Positions 38,217 to 50,629 are shown, counted from the first letter of the whole stretch. The stretch is DNA of 61,775 nucleotides, filler included, from Choristocarpus tenellus KU-1152 (GCA_964200185.2; 8 parts of 8 records of this genome joined end to end with filler, not necessarily neighbours in it), one strand, 5' to 3'. The notes: a model not told the origin generated them from the sequence alone. Made by a program: numbers and translations.

Positions 38217-38889
38217 CTCCCTCCGTTTGGAATTAAGTGTAACATAAATTTTGCAGCCCTGATTTAGAAGCAATATTTTTCTCAGATGTTCATATTTTAT
38301 GGGTGTATTGCACAGACACTAAAAAGGTTGCCCACCAAAATTTCATGCAAAATGAGGCAACCTACAACTATCTATGATTCTACCCCCAAAGCCATTCCAA
38401 ACTCCACTACAGCATGATATTTTGCTGCATCCACCAGGGCATTAGGGGAGCTTGCCCGCCTTCTCAGCTTTTTCCTTGCTACGATCTGGGAATTTGACAA
38501 CATAGTCACCCTTGGACCCAAACACTTAACCATAAACTGCAAAGAGGCTCTAACAGACCCACTTGAGTGTCTGTTGGGAGTTCACATCAAATGCCTCTGT
38601 TCTGACCTCCACCAGTTCCTCTGTGTTGGTCACCATCACATCTTCCTTCAGTTGTTGGATGGAATGAAAGAATCCCAGGTTGTTGACATTGAGGTCAGGT
38701 GAGTTGGCTGGCTGGGTCTCTATGACAAGTCATCCCCCCACCAACGCCTTGATTGCCTCCATGATCCCCCCCCCTTCCTTGGTGTGTGATTTTGCCACAT
38801 CTTGCTGCATGAAGGTGGTGTGTCCTTCCGATCTAAGCGCACAGGCCTCAATTGCCAGGATGACATCCTTGATCATGACCTTCTCATAC
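38217..38889 (-). mobile_element. Plant-type (DD39D) Tc1/mariner element, 3' part, with degraded transposase
   Basis: The minus strand 38889-38442 translates, with stops and a frameshift, to MQQDVAKSH...QPANSPDLNVNNLGFFHSIQQL...EELVE..EAF. TA followed by CTCCCTCCGT at 38215-38226 is the Stowaway/plant-mariner TIR signature. Confidence 0.88.
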
Positions 38890-39297
38890 NNNNNNNNNNN
38901 NNNNNNNNNNNNNNNNNNNNNNNNNNNNNNNNNTTAATTAATTAANNNNNNNNNNNNNNNNNNNNNNNNNNNNNNNNNNNNNNNNNNNNAAAAAAGCATA
39001 ATAAGGAAAATTCATGAAAAGTAAAAAGTACCAAACAACCACCAACCCCAATGCCCCCCCCCCCCGCACACTGCAAAACCCTCCCCCAACCCGAAGACAC
39101 ACACGCCTCTACCCCCGGAAAACCACCCTGGAACTACACGGCCGTAGTGGGAGCGCGACAAATCCGTCACCAATGAACTTTCACCCCCCAAAAAAAAAAA
39201 ACTGGCTCTCTTTGAAAAAAAATATTCTTTACACCTCTCCGTCATGTCCTTTCCTTTTTTTTTGTTTTAAGGGACGGGATTTAGGGTTAAGGGTTAA

Positions 39298-39530
39298 GTT
39301 ATGTAAACGTCTATCTCATCGCACCTTAAACCATGAGGAAAACCTCTCTTATTTAGGTTATGTAAACATCTATCTTATCGCACCTTGAACCGTGAGGAAA
39401 ACCTCTCTTATTTAGGTTATGCAAACGTCTATCTTATCGCACCTTAAGCCATGAGGAAAACCTCTCTTATTTAGGTTATGTAAACGTCTATCTTAACGCA
39501 CCTTGAACCATGAGGAAAACCTCTCTTATT
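39298..39530 (+). repeat. 59-bp tandem repeat, about 4 copies
   Basis: The unit GTTATGTAAACGTCTATCTTATCGCACCTTGAACCATGAGGAAAACCTCTCTTATTTAG starts at 39298, 39357, 39416 and 39475. It is preceded by TTAGGGTTAAGGGTTAAG. Confidence 0.95.
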
Positions 39531-40080
39531 CCACCGCTTGTGCCACAACCAACCACAATGCGGACCGTCTCCCGAACGGGAAAAGCTTGATCGCGGGCTT
39601 TCAATAACCTTTTTCAAAGGGCGGTTCCCCCCCGCCCGGGGGATAAGATAGGGAGGGGAGGAGGGGCTGAGAAGTACACCCTTTTAAACAATGTACAGAG
39701 GTTTCTGAGGCCAAGAAATAAGAGCTACATTTCACTGCGAGCGTCATTATGTCGACTCTTTAGCCTTCTAAAAACAAAGGCAAGAACCATAGTACCCCCC
39801 CTGCCCACAACCTCCTCCATTGAGGCCAGACATCTAAACCCCCACAACTCCCCAAAACGTTTCAATGCACTAGACACGATACTACCTCACCCTCATCTTT
39901 CTTGCAGTAGGTAGCTCTTTTAATTGTTGCCGGAGGAAGGAGGCCTGCCGCCCCTGCCCCCGCCCCTGCTCCCCGCCCTCCCTCTCCCCCCCCTGTGCTC
40001 TCAACACTGTGACAGACCCAAGCTACTCAAATTCGCCCGAGACAAACACAAAGCTAGCAAATGAATCCGCTATACTTTAC

Positions 40081-40376
40081 CTTCTCTGCTCGTCTTTTTC
40101 GATCAGCAATGGTCCTTGCTTGCACCTCAGTTCGACTAAGATGTCCATTAGCATAGAGCTCCTCCAGACGAGCCGGGGAAGGTGCACCTAGAGCAATTAT
40201 GCGCTCCACATTCTTAAGGCCGTTTGGGGGTGGGGGGGGGGGGGGGGGGGTGGGCCGGAGGACTGGGAACGGAAATGGAGGGGGGGGAGGTGGGGGGAGG
40301 GGNNNNNNNNNNTAGCGGGCGCGGGCCCCAGCGCCGGAGCCAGGCGGGCGAGCCCGTGGGGGGCGGGGGGGGCCGT

Positions 40377-40426
<50 letters not shown>

Positions 40427-42966
40427 GGGCACGAAGACTTGGAACTGATATTGATGAGGGTGAAGTGAGAGGTAGGGGACTTGAAGGGGATGCAAGCTGC
40501 AAGCACCAAGCCTGGGGAGCTTCAAAAAAATTGGGAAGGGGAACCAGAGACAAGTTTTTCGTCACAAGGCCAAGCAGTAGCCTGGTGACCCAAGAGCAGT
40601 CATGACTTCCAACAAAGAGCATAGTGAAGAGGAGACTTCTTTATGGGGTTCGTTTCTTCCAGGTGAAAAACAAGATGCGGTCAGTTGTAGGTTCGCCCCA
40701 AGCTCCTGCTTGAACTTTGAACTGACCACAAACAAGCAACAGACTGAGTCTGGCACCTGGAGCAATTTGGCACATCTGTTGAAGTAAACCGAATTCGCGT
40801 TCTTGTTTGGGCTTCCGTCAGGGAGTTCCTCGTGATAGTCTTCCAGTGCAGCCACCAAGATGAAGTTAAGCTGGAGAGCCACATGCAGGCTGGGGGCAAG
40901 GCAACGAAGGCAAGAATGATAGAAGGGAAAGGTCTTTCTCACACAAAACACCTACGCCAACGTAAACAAGTACAACACAGGTAGCAGCTAAATGTGGTGG
41001 GCAATGGCCAAACAGTTTTACCACCTGCAACATCAACAACATGATCAACAACAACATCACTCACAGATCACCACATACACCAACAAAGAATCGCCACACA
41101 CAAGTCTCCCAATCAGCGCGCACTTGGATCCAAGGCACTAATCAAACCTCGAGTTGAACCTGCAAGAAAAAGTTGAAACCGCCTATTTTAGCAACCAGAA
41201 TACATCCACAAAAACACCTGTACTTCAACCTCAATGAACAAGCGAGAAGGGATAAGAAGAGGGGCTGTCCCACCTCTGCTGACACACTACCAACGCAAAC
41301 TGCTCAAGAGCAGAGCTGGGCATATCCACATCGAGGTGAATGATCATGTGCGCCAGCTGGGGCAGGTAGAACTCAATCCCATTGAATACTGTTCTTTCGT
41401 TCGAGTTCTGGTAGATCCTCACAAGGCCAACGGATAGAGACAGCGGGGGGTACAGGTGAGGGCGAGAATGACGTGTGAGGCTGTACACTAAATCCATGGA
41501 TGACAAAGACAAGAATGTGGGGGATTGGTGAGGAGGAGAATGATGTACAGACACTGGCAGTGCTGTGCAGATTGTTTATAGGCGCTTGAAGGCCTTGGGT
41601 AGCTAATCTCGCTGAACATTGCAGCCACTGCTGTTAAATGCTACCAACCGGTTCTATATTCATCTCTTTATCTATCATTTCATTTGCTTGTTGTAGACAG
41701 GGTTGATTGTTGCTTGTTGCGGCATGGCGAGCTATGGTGCACGGTGAGGTAGAAGAAAATGCATGATGGATTAGTATTGCAAGGAGTGTACACAATGGAT
41801 GGATGCTTGTGAATCGTTGTTGTGGACTGAGTTGTGTTATGTTGCCGATGACCATGGATTTCCACCCCCCAAAACATAGATTGCTGGTTGAGAATGATGC
41901 AACCTTCAGTTAGGATGCTTGTGAATTCATTCCAACTATTGACTGACATATTGGGCAGGGGGATGAATGTCGAGGCAGCTGACAACAGCACCACCCCAGC
42001 CCCTCTTGCACTGCATCAGAATTATTCTAGATAAAACAATGTGTAACACTCCTATAGTCCGGGCTGAAGTCACAAGAAAGTGTACCTCAATCAGGAGCTC
42101 ACAAATGGTTTCGACGACGGCATGCTTCTTGCGATTGACCCAGATCAGGGTTGTAACATTGCGCATGTCAAGGTTGCCCTGGTCACCCATCAGCTTGTGG
42201 AAAATGCTGCATAGGTATTAGACGCAGGTCAAGGGGTTACGGTTGTGGGCGGGACAGTTGACGAGGAAAGTGTTGTATTAGGCCAGAAGGAATAACAAGG
42301 GGTTGTTAAAGCGAGGGTGAGCGGTGAGGAGCGAGGATAGGAAAGTCTAACATGCATGGTGTCAGGTGGAAACACTTAAATATCAATTTGACAATGAAAA
42401 CGAATTTGGGGGGCTGGGTAAGGAAAACAGGTGTGAGGTCCACCAAAGCTGAAGAAATACAAAGTTTCTTCTTAGTGTCATATAGTAAGTGTACATCAGA
42501 GGAACATCATCACAAACACCAACTTGTCTACAAGCTGGACAGAGATGCTCCCTCGACAAGCGAAGTGATCGGGGTGTGAATGTGAATGATCATACTTACA
42601 AGGAACATTGGAGGAGATTCGAATAAAACCCGACAATGCCATGTGCCCACCCAGAAAGATCCCTAGGCAAGACAGGGAGTGATCACTAATGCAATATCAG
42701 AAAAATCACCATATTGCAAGAATTTGCAGAGGATCTGGCTCCCCAACTCACTCTTTCAACTCGTCAGACATGGTAGCATGTGCATTGGGGTTATGCACTC
42801 GAAGATCGTGGCCATTGCTGACCACAGTGACAGATCCTTCCCCATTATCAGCCTCGATCTTTACACCTCTACCTCCTTCAGCTTGCTGAGCTGGCTGTAG
42901 GGGGATCTGCGCCACAGAGACATCCAAAACAGGAGATTCATGCCGTTGCAAACCTTCCACCTCCAT
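40081..42966 (-). CDS. Phosphatidylinositol 4-kinase type III beta / Pik1-like, N-terminal helical region (3' partial)
   Basis: Exons 42966-42752, 42206-42140, 41407-41274, 40889-40757 and 40212-40081 splice in phase (2,0,2,0). The product contains GIEFYLPQLAHMII...ALEQFALVVCQQSLHVALQLNFILVAALEDY. The kinase domain is not in the contig. Confidence 0.8.
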
Positions 42967-43502
42967 TTTCTTGATAGTCCGCTTCGGGCCTACTTTGAAG
43001 CTCCGATCCTTAGAGGTCGCCAGCTTTTTTTATTCTCCAGACCTTTTTCAGCTCTCCCAACTTCCTCAATTTTGGACTTTGGAATGGGGGCACCGTTACA
43101 AGCCGATGTATATAGTCGATGTGGGATCAAAAAGAGCACTGTAGGTACACGTCGTCCTGCCACAGTAACAATGGTTCATTCCGAGATTTATGACCTTGCT
43201 CTACCTTAGCTTCTATTTCAGGGCACTCAAGGGCACACTCAATCCCCTTGCCCCCTGCTATCAACGTAAAGGATAGGTGGAACGTTGGTGGGTGTTCTTG
43301 GAGTCGATTCCGCATCTTGCCACTCTTTGATGGAAATTGGCAGTATAGATATACGATACCAATATACGACACAATTATACGGTACCGTATGGTAATGTTC
43401 CAGGAGAGGGAGAATAATATATTAAAAAAATACTACCAAAAAAATAGTTTTGGGTAATATCGTAAGGATAATTTCACACTTCAAATAGGTTGCGAGAGAA
43501 CG

Positions 43503-46140
43503 ATGGCAGGTAAAATGTGTGCATGGTAGCATTGCTGCTATCTTACATCCCGCACTGCTGTACGTATCATGCTTCAGTATACTCATTGATGTCTTGGAAA
43601 CAAAGAACCTTCCCCTTTTTGCTTGTCCCTGACTTATCCTGAAGAGTTCACAACTACAATCAAGGAAAACTATCGCCCCGTGTCGGACAATGAGGCAAGG
43701 CGGTCTGTGCTGGTGGAGGGAATTCCTCTTTTAGACCAAGATTTAACGGAGACTTCCGTTATACAGGTAATTTCAATTTGTCGTGGGGCCGCTTCTAGAT
43801 AGGTTGGCAGCTACAGATATGTCCACTATGGGAGATAGTTTCAAGAGATTGTTTACCTAGAGTAAATCATGGATACTTATCTCCAATTTTCACGACGTAA
43901 AGCAATTCGCTCCCTAATCCTCAGGTATTTTCAACCTACGGGGATATATCGAAGCTACTGCTCCAGACTCATGGAGATGGTGAGTTGTGTAATTTGTACT
44001 CCTTGGGGATAAGAACATGTAAACCACATCGAGATCAAGAGCGTAATGCCCCCAAGATCACTGTCGTCCTAAAGCAATAATGTCAATGCATTGACATTAT
44101 GTGGTACGGTGGTACTTCCAGGGCTTTGAAGCTTTTAGGTTTGACCTCTGTTTGGGATGTGTTTCCCGGCGCTTGGAATCCAACAGCCAGGTTACAATTC
44201 TTCCTCAGAACACACGTACAGATATATGTTAACATCCTCTATAACGTACCAATCTGTGACTAAATCTGCCTGACGTGAAAACAGGGACCACGCAAAGGGC
44301 CGTGGTTGTTTTTGGCGACGAGGAAGGAGCAAAAACTGCTCTCCAGGTGGATGCAACATTTATGCCTGTGCATTTCTTCCTGTTGCATACCTATGTTCCA
44401 TAGTATTTTTTTTTATGCCAAATCTCAAGTACAATCTTTTGGCATGCATGAAGTCATGTGCAGTATAACTTTCAGCCTTAACGACCTTCAGCGTATATTA
44501 ATATAAAATTGATCCCAGTCAAGGTTTGTGGGTTGAGCTTGTAGGAATTTCTTGTAAAATGTGTGTGGATGCATCTGCACACCCTAGTTTCTTGTCTCTC
44601 CGTCCAAGTCATGACCCTCTCACACATGTGCATTACGTAATGTCTAAATTTACGTGTTTTGTCAGGTCAACGGACGCGACATCCTTGGCAAACCTGTCAC
44701 TGTATCCCTCGCCGCGTCACTCCTTCAGGAGCAGGAAGTTAGTAACCCCACGCCCCAAGGAGGTACAGGTACATCCCAATGTTGCCTCAAACCCCTCTAA
44801 GAGCAAGTATTTGACAGTATGAACTGTATAGGAAAAAATTAGAGCGTCTTTTTGGTACCGTTTTCATGTTCTGTACTTGATGTGCTTGTTGTCTGACATC
44901 CCCAAGTCTAAAGTACTACTGTTGCTCTATGATCTCAGCACTGTATTTTACGACCAACACTTGTGTTGTGGAGTGCTATGGTAGACTTGCCCCCTCCTTA
45001 AAAGGTATACCTTTTTGTGACAGTCGTCCCCTCTGCAAGTACAGAAGAAACATGCGCTCAAGGTGCTTGGGAGTGTGCAGGGTTTCGATGTGTACCACTC
45101 TTGTTCCACAGAAAAACTTTTTTTTCAGGGGAGGGGGGGGGGAGGGGGACACACAACAAATCCACAAGTAGTCGACCCTTGACGGTTTTACCGCTACATA
45201 CTGTAGGTCCTTTTTGTGCACCTTATTTATCCTCCCCTGTAACAGTCTCAGCTAGCATTGAGAATCGCAATTACTCAATTACAGCACACCCATAATAAAA
45301 ACTGAAAAAAATTGAGGGGTAAATCTCCTTTTTTTGTGATTTTGTGTGAACAAAAAAATAATGCGTGCTGTGTGCATCTTCTGCGGGGCTCGACGGTTGG
45401 GGTGCGTCCATTCACGCCTTCCATTTTTTGCAAACGTTGTACATTTCTAGTTGCTATAGTTCATATATTCTACAGATGGACCAACTTAGCGACTCCTCAA
45501 GTTCTATGTAAGAAGTGGTCCTCCTGCAATCTTCTGGAAACACAAAACAAAAGGCACAATTCACATGAAACTCAGAATACCACAAGTAAACAAGAGTGTC
45601 GAAAACAAAATGCTCATTTCACACACACACACACACACACAAAAGAGAAGTACCTGTGAATTTTACTGGTCGATTTAACTCAAAGCTCATCAATGATTTC
45701 ACTTTTTGATTCGCGACACGAGTCTTCATCCCTACCCTTTCATCCACACGCCATCGCACTGTATAGAAAACCACCTACCCCTCATTGTTGTTGCACTGTG
45801 ATAACACTGCCGGGTTGACGAAACTGGTGACTGCCTCAGAACCATCGCAGCCAGCCCGCCGGTTCACCAGTGCAGAGCTCGTGGGGAACTGGCTGGCGCA
45901 GGGAATCCTGCTGGGTAAGAAGGGGGTGGCACACATCCAGGAGTTTGACGAGAAAATCGGCGTGTCATCAGCGGCTACCTCGTTCTTCGTGCAGGTGTGT
46001 GGGCCTGTGGGGAAGGGGATGAAGGTGGAGACTTGACTTTGCTGGCGACAGGATGCACTAGCGAGGAAGCTTCATGGCAAAGAGGCCATGCAAAGGGGCT
46101 TGGGGTAGTGTAGTGTGGAGTACAGGAACCTGGAACGAGC

Positions 46141-46188
<48 letters not shown>

Positions 46189-46288
46189 GGGGGGGGGGGA
46201 AAAGGGGGAAAAAAAAAAAAAAATAATATTTTTTAGTTTTTTGTTGGTTGTTCTANNNNNNNNNNGGGGTGTGGGAGTGTGGGGAGGA

Positions 46289-46333
<45 letters not shown>

Positions 46334-46803
46334 TTCTTGGGCTGCTTTGTTTGTGATTGACATGCGTGAATAAAAAAAACATTTATCTTTGTAGAGGTAA
46401 TATGTGTATGTCCTACATTGGACTGGGTCAGGCTACGGTAGTGATGGACAAGCACACTAGCATGCTGAATAGGGACATGGGTTGTAGCGATTGGAAGAAT
46501 ATTTATTTTATGGGAACGGAACGATTTTGTGATTTGTGTTCTTTCACCTCAATGATGTGGTTGGAAGTGCTTGTCTGTCCCCATTTGTGCGGTGTTCTGT
46601 CCGCTATTTATACCCCCAACAGAGTTTTGTTTGTATCGTGCGTACTTGGAAGTGTGACTGGATCTGTAACTGAATCTGTAACTGTAACCTGGGAACACTG
46701 TGTTTGGTTTTCTAAGGACTTGTATCCTGATGTAAGAGGGATTTCGGGGCTGAATGGGTACCAAAATGTGACTGAATTATGAACGGGCTACTCGCTATTC
46801 CTG

Positions 46804-46835
<32 letters not shown>

Positions 46836-47663
46836 TTTACGACACTAATAACTTATGAATCTGCCTATTATTTTAGCATCTGCATCGCCAGCAAGGCTTA
46901 GACTATTAAAACAAATTGGCATCACCCCTGACCAAGTCATTCCTTCTGATATAGATAAAACCAAATCCCCAAAAGAATCTCCAAGAAGATTCGCTGAAAG
47001 GCTAGCTTTCGAAAAAGCAACTACGATTGCAAACACAATTGAAAAAGGAATTATTATTGGAGCTGATACTGTCCCAGTCGTTGGAAGATCAATAATGAGA
47101 AAAACAGCCAACCGAGATGATATAAGAAAAAGTTTAGAATTGATTTCAAACAGAAGACATAAAATCTACACAGGCGTATCCGTTATAAAAAAGTATGGTT
47201 CGGAATATAGAACTTTAAAGCGCGTAGTCAAATCAACGCTTAAATTTAAAAAACTGTCAAAAGCTGAAATAGACTACTACTGCACACTTGAAGAAGGCAT
47301 TGAAAAAGCAGGAGGTTATACTGCATCTGGTTATGCAGAGTCATATATCTCATTCCTATCAGGATCGTTCTCCAACATAATTGGGCTTCCATTATTTGAA
47401 ACTATGAATATGCTAAATAGTGTTGGTTTTTATGTCCGACACAAATAAGCCCTATTCTATAAATTAAATTATTTTTTTGTTAATAAACACTAGCTAACCA
47501 TTGCTTTTTAATACTCACTTACCCCATCTTTCCATCTCCACTGGCAACAATCTGAGCAGATAAAGACAAGTGCTCGTGGACTGGACGAGACACACCACAT
47601 CAGTGATACTCTGTCCCAAGCAGCCCGGAATGCCGGTGCCCGTGCTCAGGAGATCGACACCAA
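43503..47663 (+). CDS. RRM protein, BPA1/Vip1-like (3' partial)
   Basis: Exons 43503-43509, 43645-43766, 43925-43979, 44285-44346, 44666-44762, 45840-45994 and 47560-47663 splice in phase. An RRM (SVLVEGIP...VFSTYGDI...AVVVF...ALQVNGRDILGKPVTV) is followed by WLAQGILLGKKGVAHIQEFDEKIGVS and LDETHHIS repeats. Confidence 0.8.
46855..47448 (+). CDS. maf: Maf-family nucleoside triphosphate pyrophosphatase, Rickettsiaceae-like, nested in a host intron
   Basis: A 197-aa intronless ORF with IILASASPAR, EKA, IIIGADTV, H..YTGV, EG..KAGGY and SGSFSNIIGLPLFET. GC is about 36% by hand count, clearly lower than the flanking host exons. Confidence 0.93.
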   Translation: MNLPIILASASPARLRLLKQIGITPDQVIPSDIDKTKSPKESPRRFAERLAFEKATTIANTIEKGIIIGADTVPVVGRSIMRKTANRDDIRKSLELISNRRHKIYTGVSVIKKYGSEYRTLKRVVKSTLKFKKLSKAEIDYYCTLEEGIEKAGGYTASGYAESYISFLSGSFSNIIGLPLFETMNMLNSVGFYVRHK

Positions 47664-47975
47664 GTGTGTAAAAGGATGTTATTTGTTTGTCCTGTCTGGT
47701 TTCCTCTTCCTTTTGACCTACAGCTGCAGTACGGTCTTGTGCCTATGTGCGCGCGCGTGTGTGTGTGTGCAAGATGTTATGTCGGTTATCTTATGTTCTA
47801 TTACGGCAACCTTTCTGGTATGCCCCCCCGACCCCCCCCCCCCCCACCCCATCACCCCCCCCCACCCCCCCACCCNNNNNNNNNNNNNNNNNNNNNNNNN
47901 NNNNNNNNNNNNNNNNNNNTTAATTAATTAANNNNNNNNNNNNNNNNNNNNNNNNNNNNNNNNNNNNNNNNNNNN

Positions 47976-48951
47976 AGTAGTACAATATTTGATAGTGGTG
48001 AAGTAACTGATTAAGTGGTTTCAACACAATGTTTTATAGTATTCTTATGTTTAGGATATTTTATTTCTTTAGGGCTAATAACGACATGTATATATCTAGT
48101 TTTCATTGGTTTCCCCCCTGACGCATCTGCAAAATGTCAGAGGGCATAATAATAAATATGTTGGTGAATTGAGAGAAGTACATAATAATGATAACACGTA
48201 ACGCTCCCATAACACAACTTAACGTCTTTGCGTTACTATATCCTCGAAGTATTGTCTGTAAAACAGACGTTATAATGGTAGGAGGGCATATCCTGTAGGT
48301 AAATCGACATCATACCCATTACATAGAAATAACCACACCAACCACCTTGAGAGTAGCTGGCCACACTCCTCACGGCTGATAAATCTTGAAAGTGTGCAGT
48401 GCGCTTGTTTGTGTGTTTATTCGAGAAGAAAAATATATTTGGCTTTAACTTTGAATGAACAGCTATTTAATTAAGCGATTTATGAATGGTGTGATTCTGT
48501 GGCGGCGTGGTTCCCTCACTCAGGCAAGGGTGGCGAAGAGAATCACCAGGGAAGACGGACCAGACGGGCAAAGACAAACTGTAACCGAGAGGACGAGGTT
48601 ATGGTTGAACAAATGCAAGGCCGAAAGGACTTGAAGGAAAAAGTGGGAAACTGAGGAAGTGGGAAGGATCACGATTCGGATGGGTTTTGGAAAAGAAACG
48701 CTTCAGAGATAGGAGATCCGCCTTCGGAAAAAAGTACTCATAAAGAGACGTTGCGGGAAGACACTGAAATCTATCACTCCGAATACTTATTATTATTATG
48801 CCCTCTGACATTTTTCAGATAGATATGTCAGGTGGGAAACCAATGAAAACTATACACATTGTCAGTATAATAAGCCCTAAAAAAATAAAATGTCATAAAT
48901 GTGACAAACACTAATCCATTTGTTACTTCACCACTATGTTGTACTACTGCC
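47976..48951. mobile_element. Non-autonomous long-TIR (~170 bp) DNA element
   Basis: 47976-48155 is an imperfect reverse complement of 48787-48951 (GTTTTCATTGGTTTCCC/GGGAAACCAATGAAAAC; AAAATGTCAGAGGGCATAATAATAA/TTATTATTATGCCCTCTGACATTTT). The left end is cut by the contig start. Confidence 0.75.
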
Positions 48952-49820
48952 TTACTGCATCTCCAATCTACCTGTATCTGTGCCCTGGAGGGAGGAGGAG
49001 CTAGGGAGGCATCCCAAGAATCCAATAAACCCCCTGGTGATTCCAACTTAAAACGTATGACATATCTAGACAGTGTCACTTGCGTAGTTACCGAGACTTA
49101 TCCTCCACACAGTTGAACCGAAGTTCTCACAATACAACCTCAATCGGTATAACGGTACGTGGCATACGGCAATAACGGTTTAACAGCAGACAAACCTGCT
49201 TTCCACAGATTTGAACGTTACAAATCATAACTGGAGGTGGAAAATTCCTTTTGTCCAGAACAACGCTTGAAGTCATTTGGTTTTCTATAACGTCCGTTAC
49301 CCAGGAAACGGCTCATTGCATTTTCTCATGACGTAACGTTGCGTCCGTTGTTTGCCGAATAGTTGATGGTAAGACAAGATGAAGGTTCAGTCAGGTAACA
49401 ATGAAAGTCTAACTGGGAAGGATCTGATAAAAACCTGGTACAAATGGTGAGGAAGCAGGGACTCACTAAATAAAAGGGCGGAAGGATGGAAACATATGCG
49501 ACAGATTGTGGCAATGGTGAAGATGGGTCACTTCCTAACGAGGAAGATCATTTCATAAGTCGCTATTGTTGCATGGACTAATGTTTGGAGTGCATGGTGA
49601 GTATTACTTTTGACAGGCTAGGTGAAATCAGGCTGTGCAGATAAAGGTTCCTACGCAAGTCCAGTCAGTGTTAGAAACGCTTGGAGGAGATGTCAAGGAT
49701 GTCAAGGATCGAGCCCAGAAAAAGAATGCAGGGTGTACCTACATGGTGATCCACCTATTCTATGGTAGAACGCTTCCTGTAGCCCAAGGCTGCCACCATT
49801 TTTTCCCAGAATATTGATGG

Positions 49821-50629
49821 TCACTCACTGAACTTGACGGAATTTGAGTGGGAAGAAGCGGATGATATATCAATGTTAAATTGAAATTTTTGTAGAAGTG
49901 CTTGAAGGAGGAGAGGTATTATTACAGGCGAATAGCGCGGACATATCTTCTTGTGTTCTAGCAAGCACGAACAGTATACGAGATTTGTAGCAAAAGCTTT
50001 TAAGCGGGGCTGAAGGATAAAGTTGACTGATTTCGACAATCGCTTTGGCAAAGGAAATAATTTTTCACAGTACTCCAACAGTGAGTATAGACGTGGATCA
50101 TGGCTAACTGTCTGGTTCCCAGGATAAAAATCCTTTACAGTATTCCTGACAACACAAAATGACATTTGGATGCAGTTGGAGTTAGGAGTGAGGGAGGAGC
50201 ACGGAGCATAGCAGGCAGAAAGTGGTCCAGTGACAATGCCTTAGACCATTTCCACACTGGGGGCAGCCCTCCCATGAAAAAATCAAGGGGTCATACGAGC
50301 TTCCCTTGTCAATGTGAGGCAGGAGCCCAGCTGCTGGTGGTGGGGTGGTGGAACACACGGCCAAAGATCAAATGGCAGATGCAGCATGTGTAGAGGTTAA
50401 GACCGTCAGGTCTACAATGGGGCTCACAATGGTTATTTGATCTTTACAACCTTGGGCCTTACGATGATGCATCAAGTGGTGGGGAGAAAGGAGCTCAAAC
50501 TTCCCGCACCTGGCTTTCCAACCTACACAGGAAGACTTGGGGCGCATGTTCAAAATAGCTGGAAAAAACCTTAGAATGGAACAAGTCGCACCCAGAGAGT
50601 GTGCAACTCCCCATCTTCCTGCGCAACAC
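49821..50629 (-). CDS. Possible exons of an unidentified gene
   Basis: Putative exons 50629-50523 and 50145-~49821 join in phase 2 with canonical sites. No domain was recognised. Confidence 0.3.
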
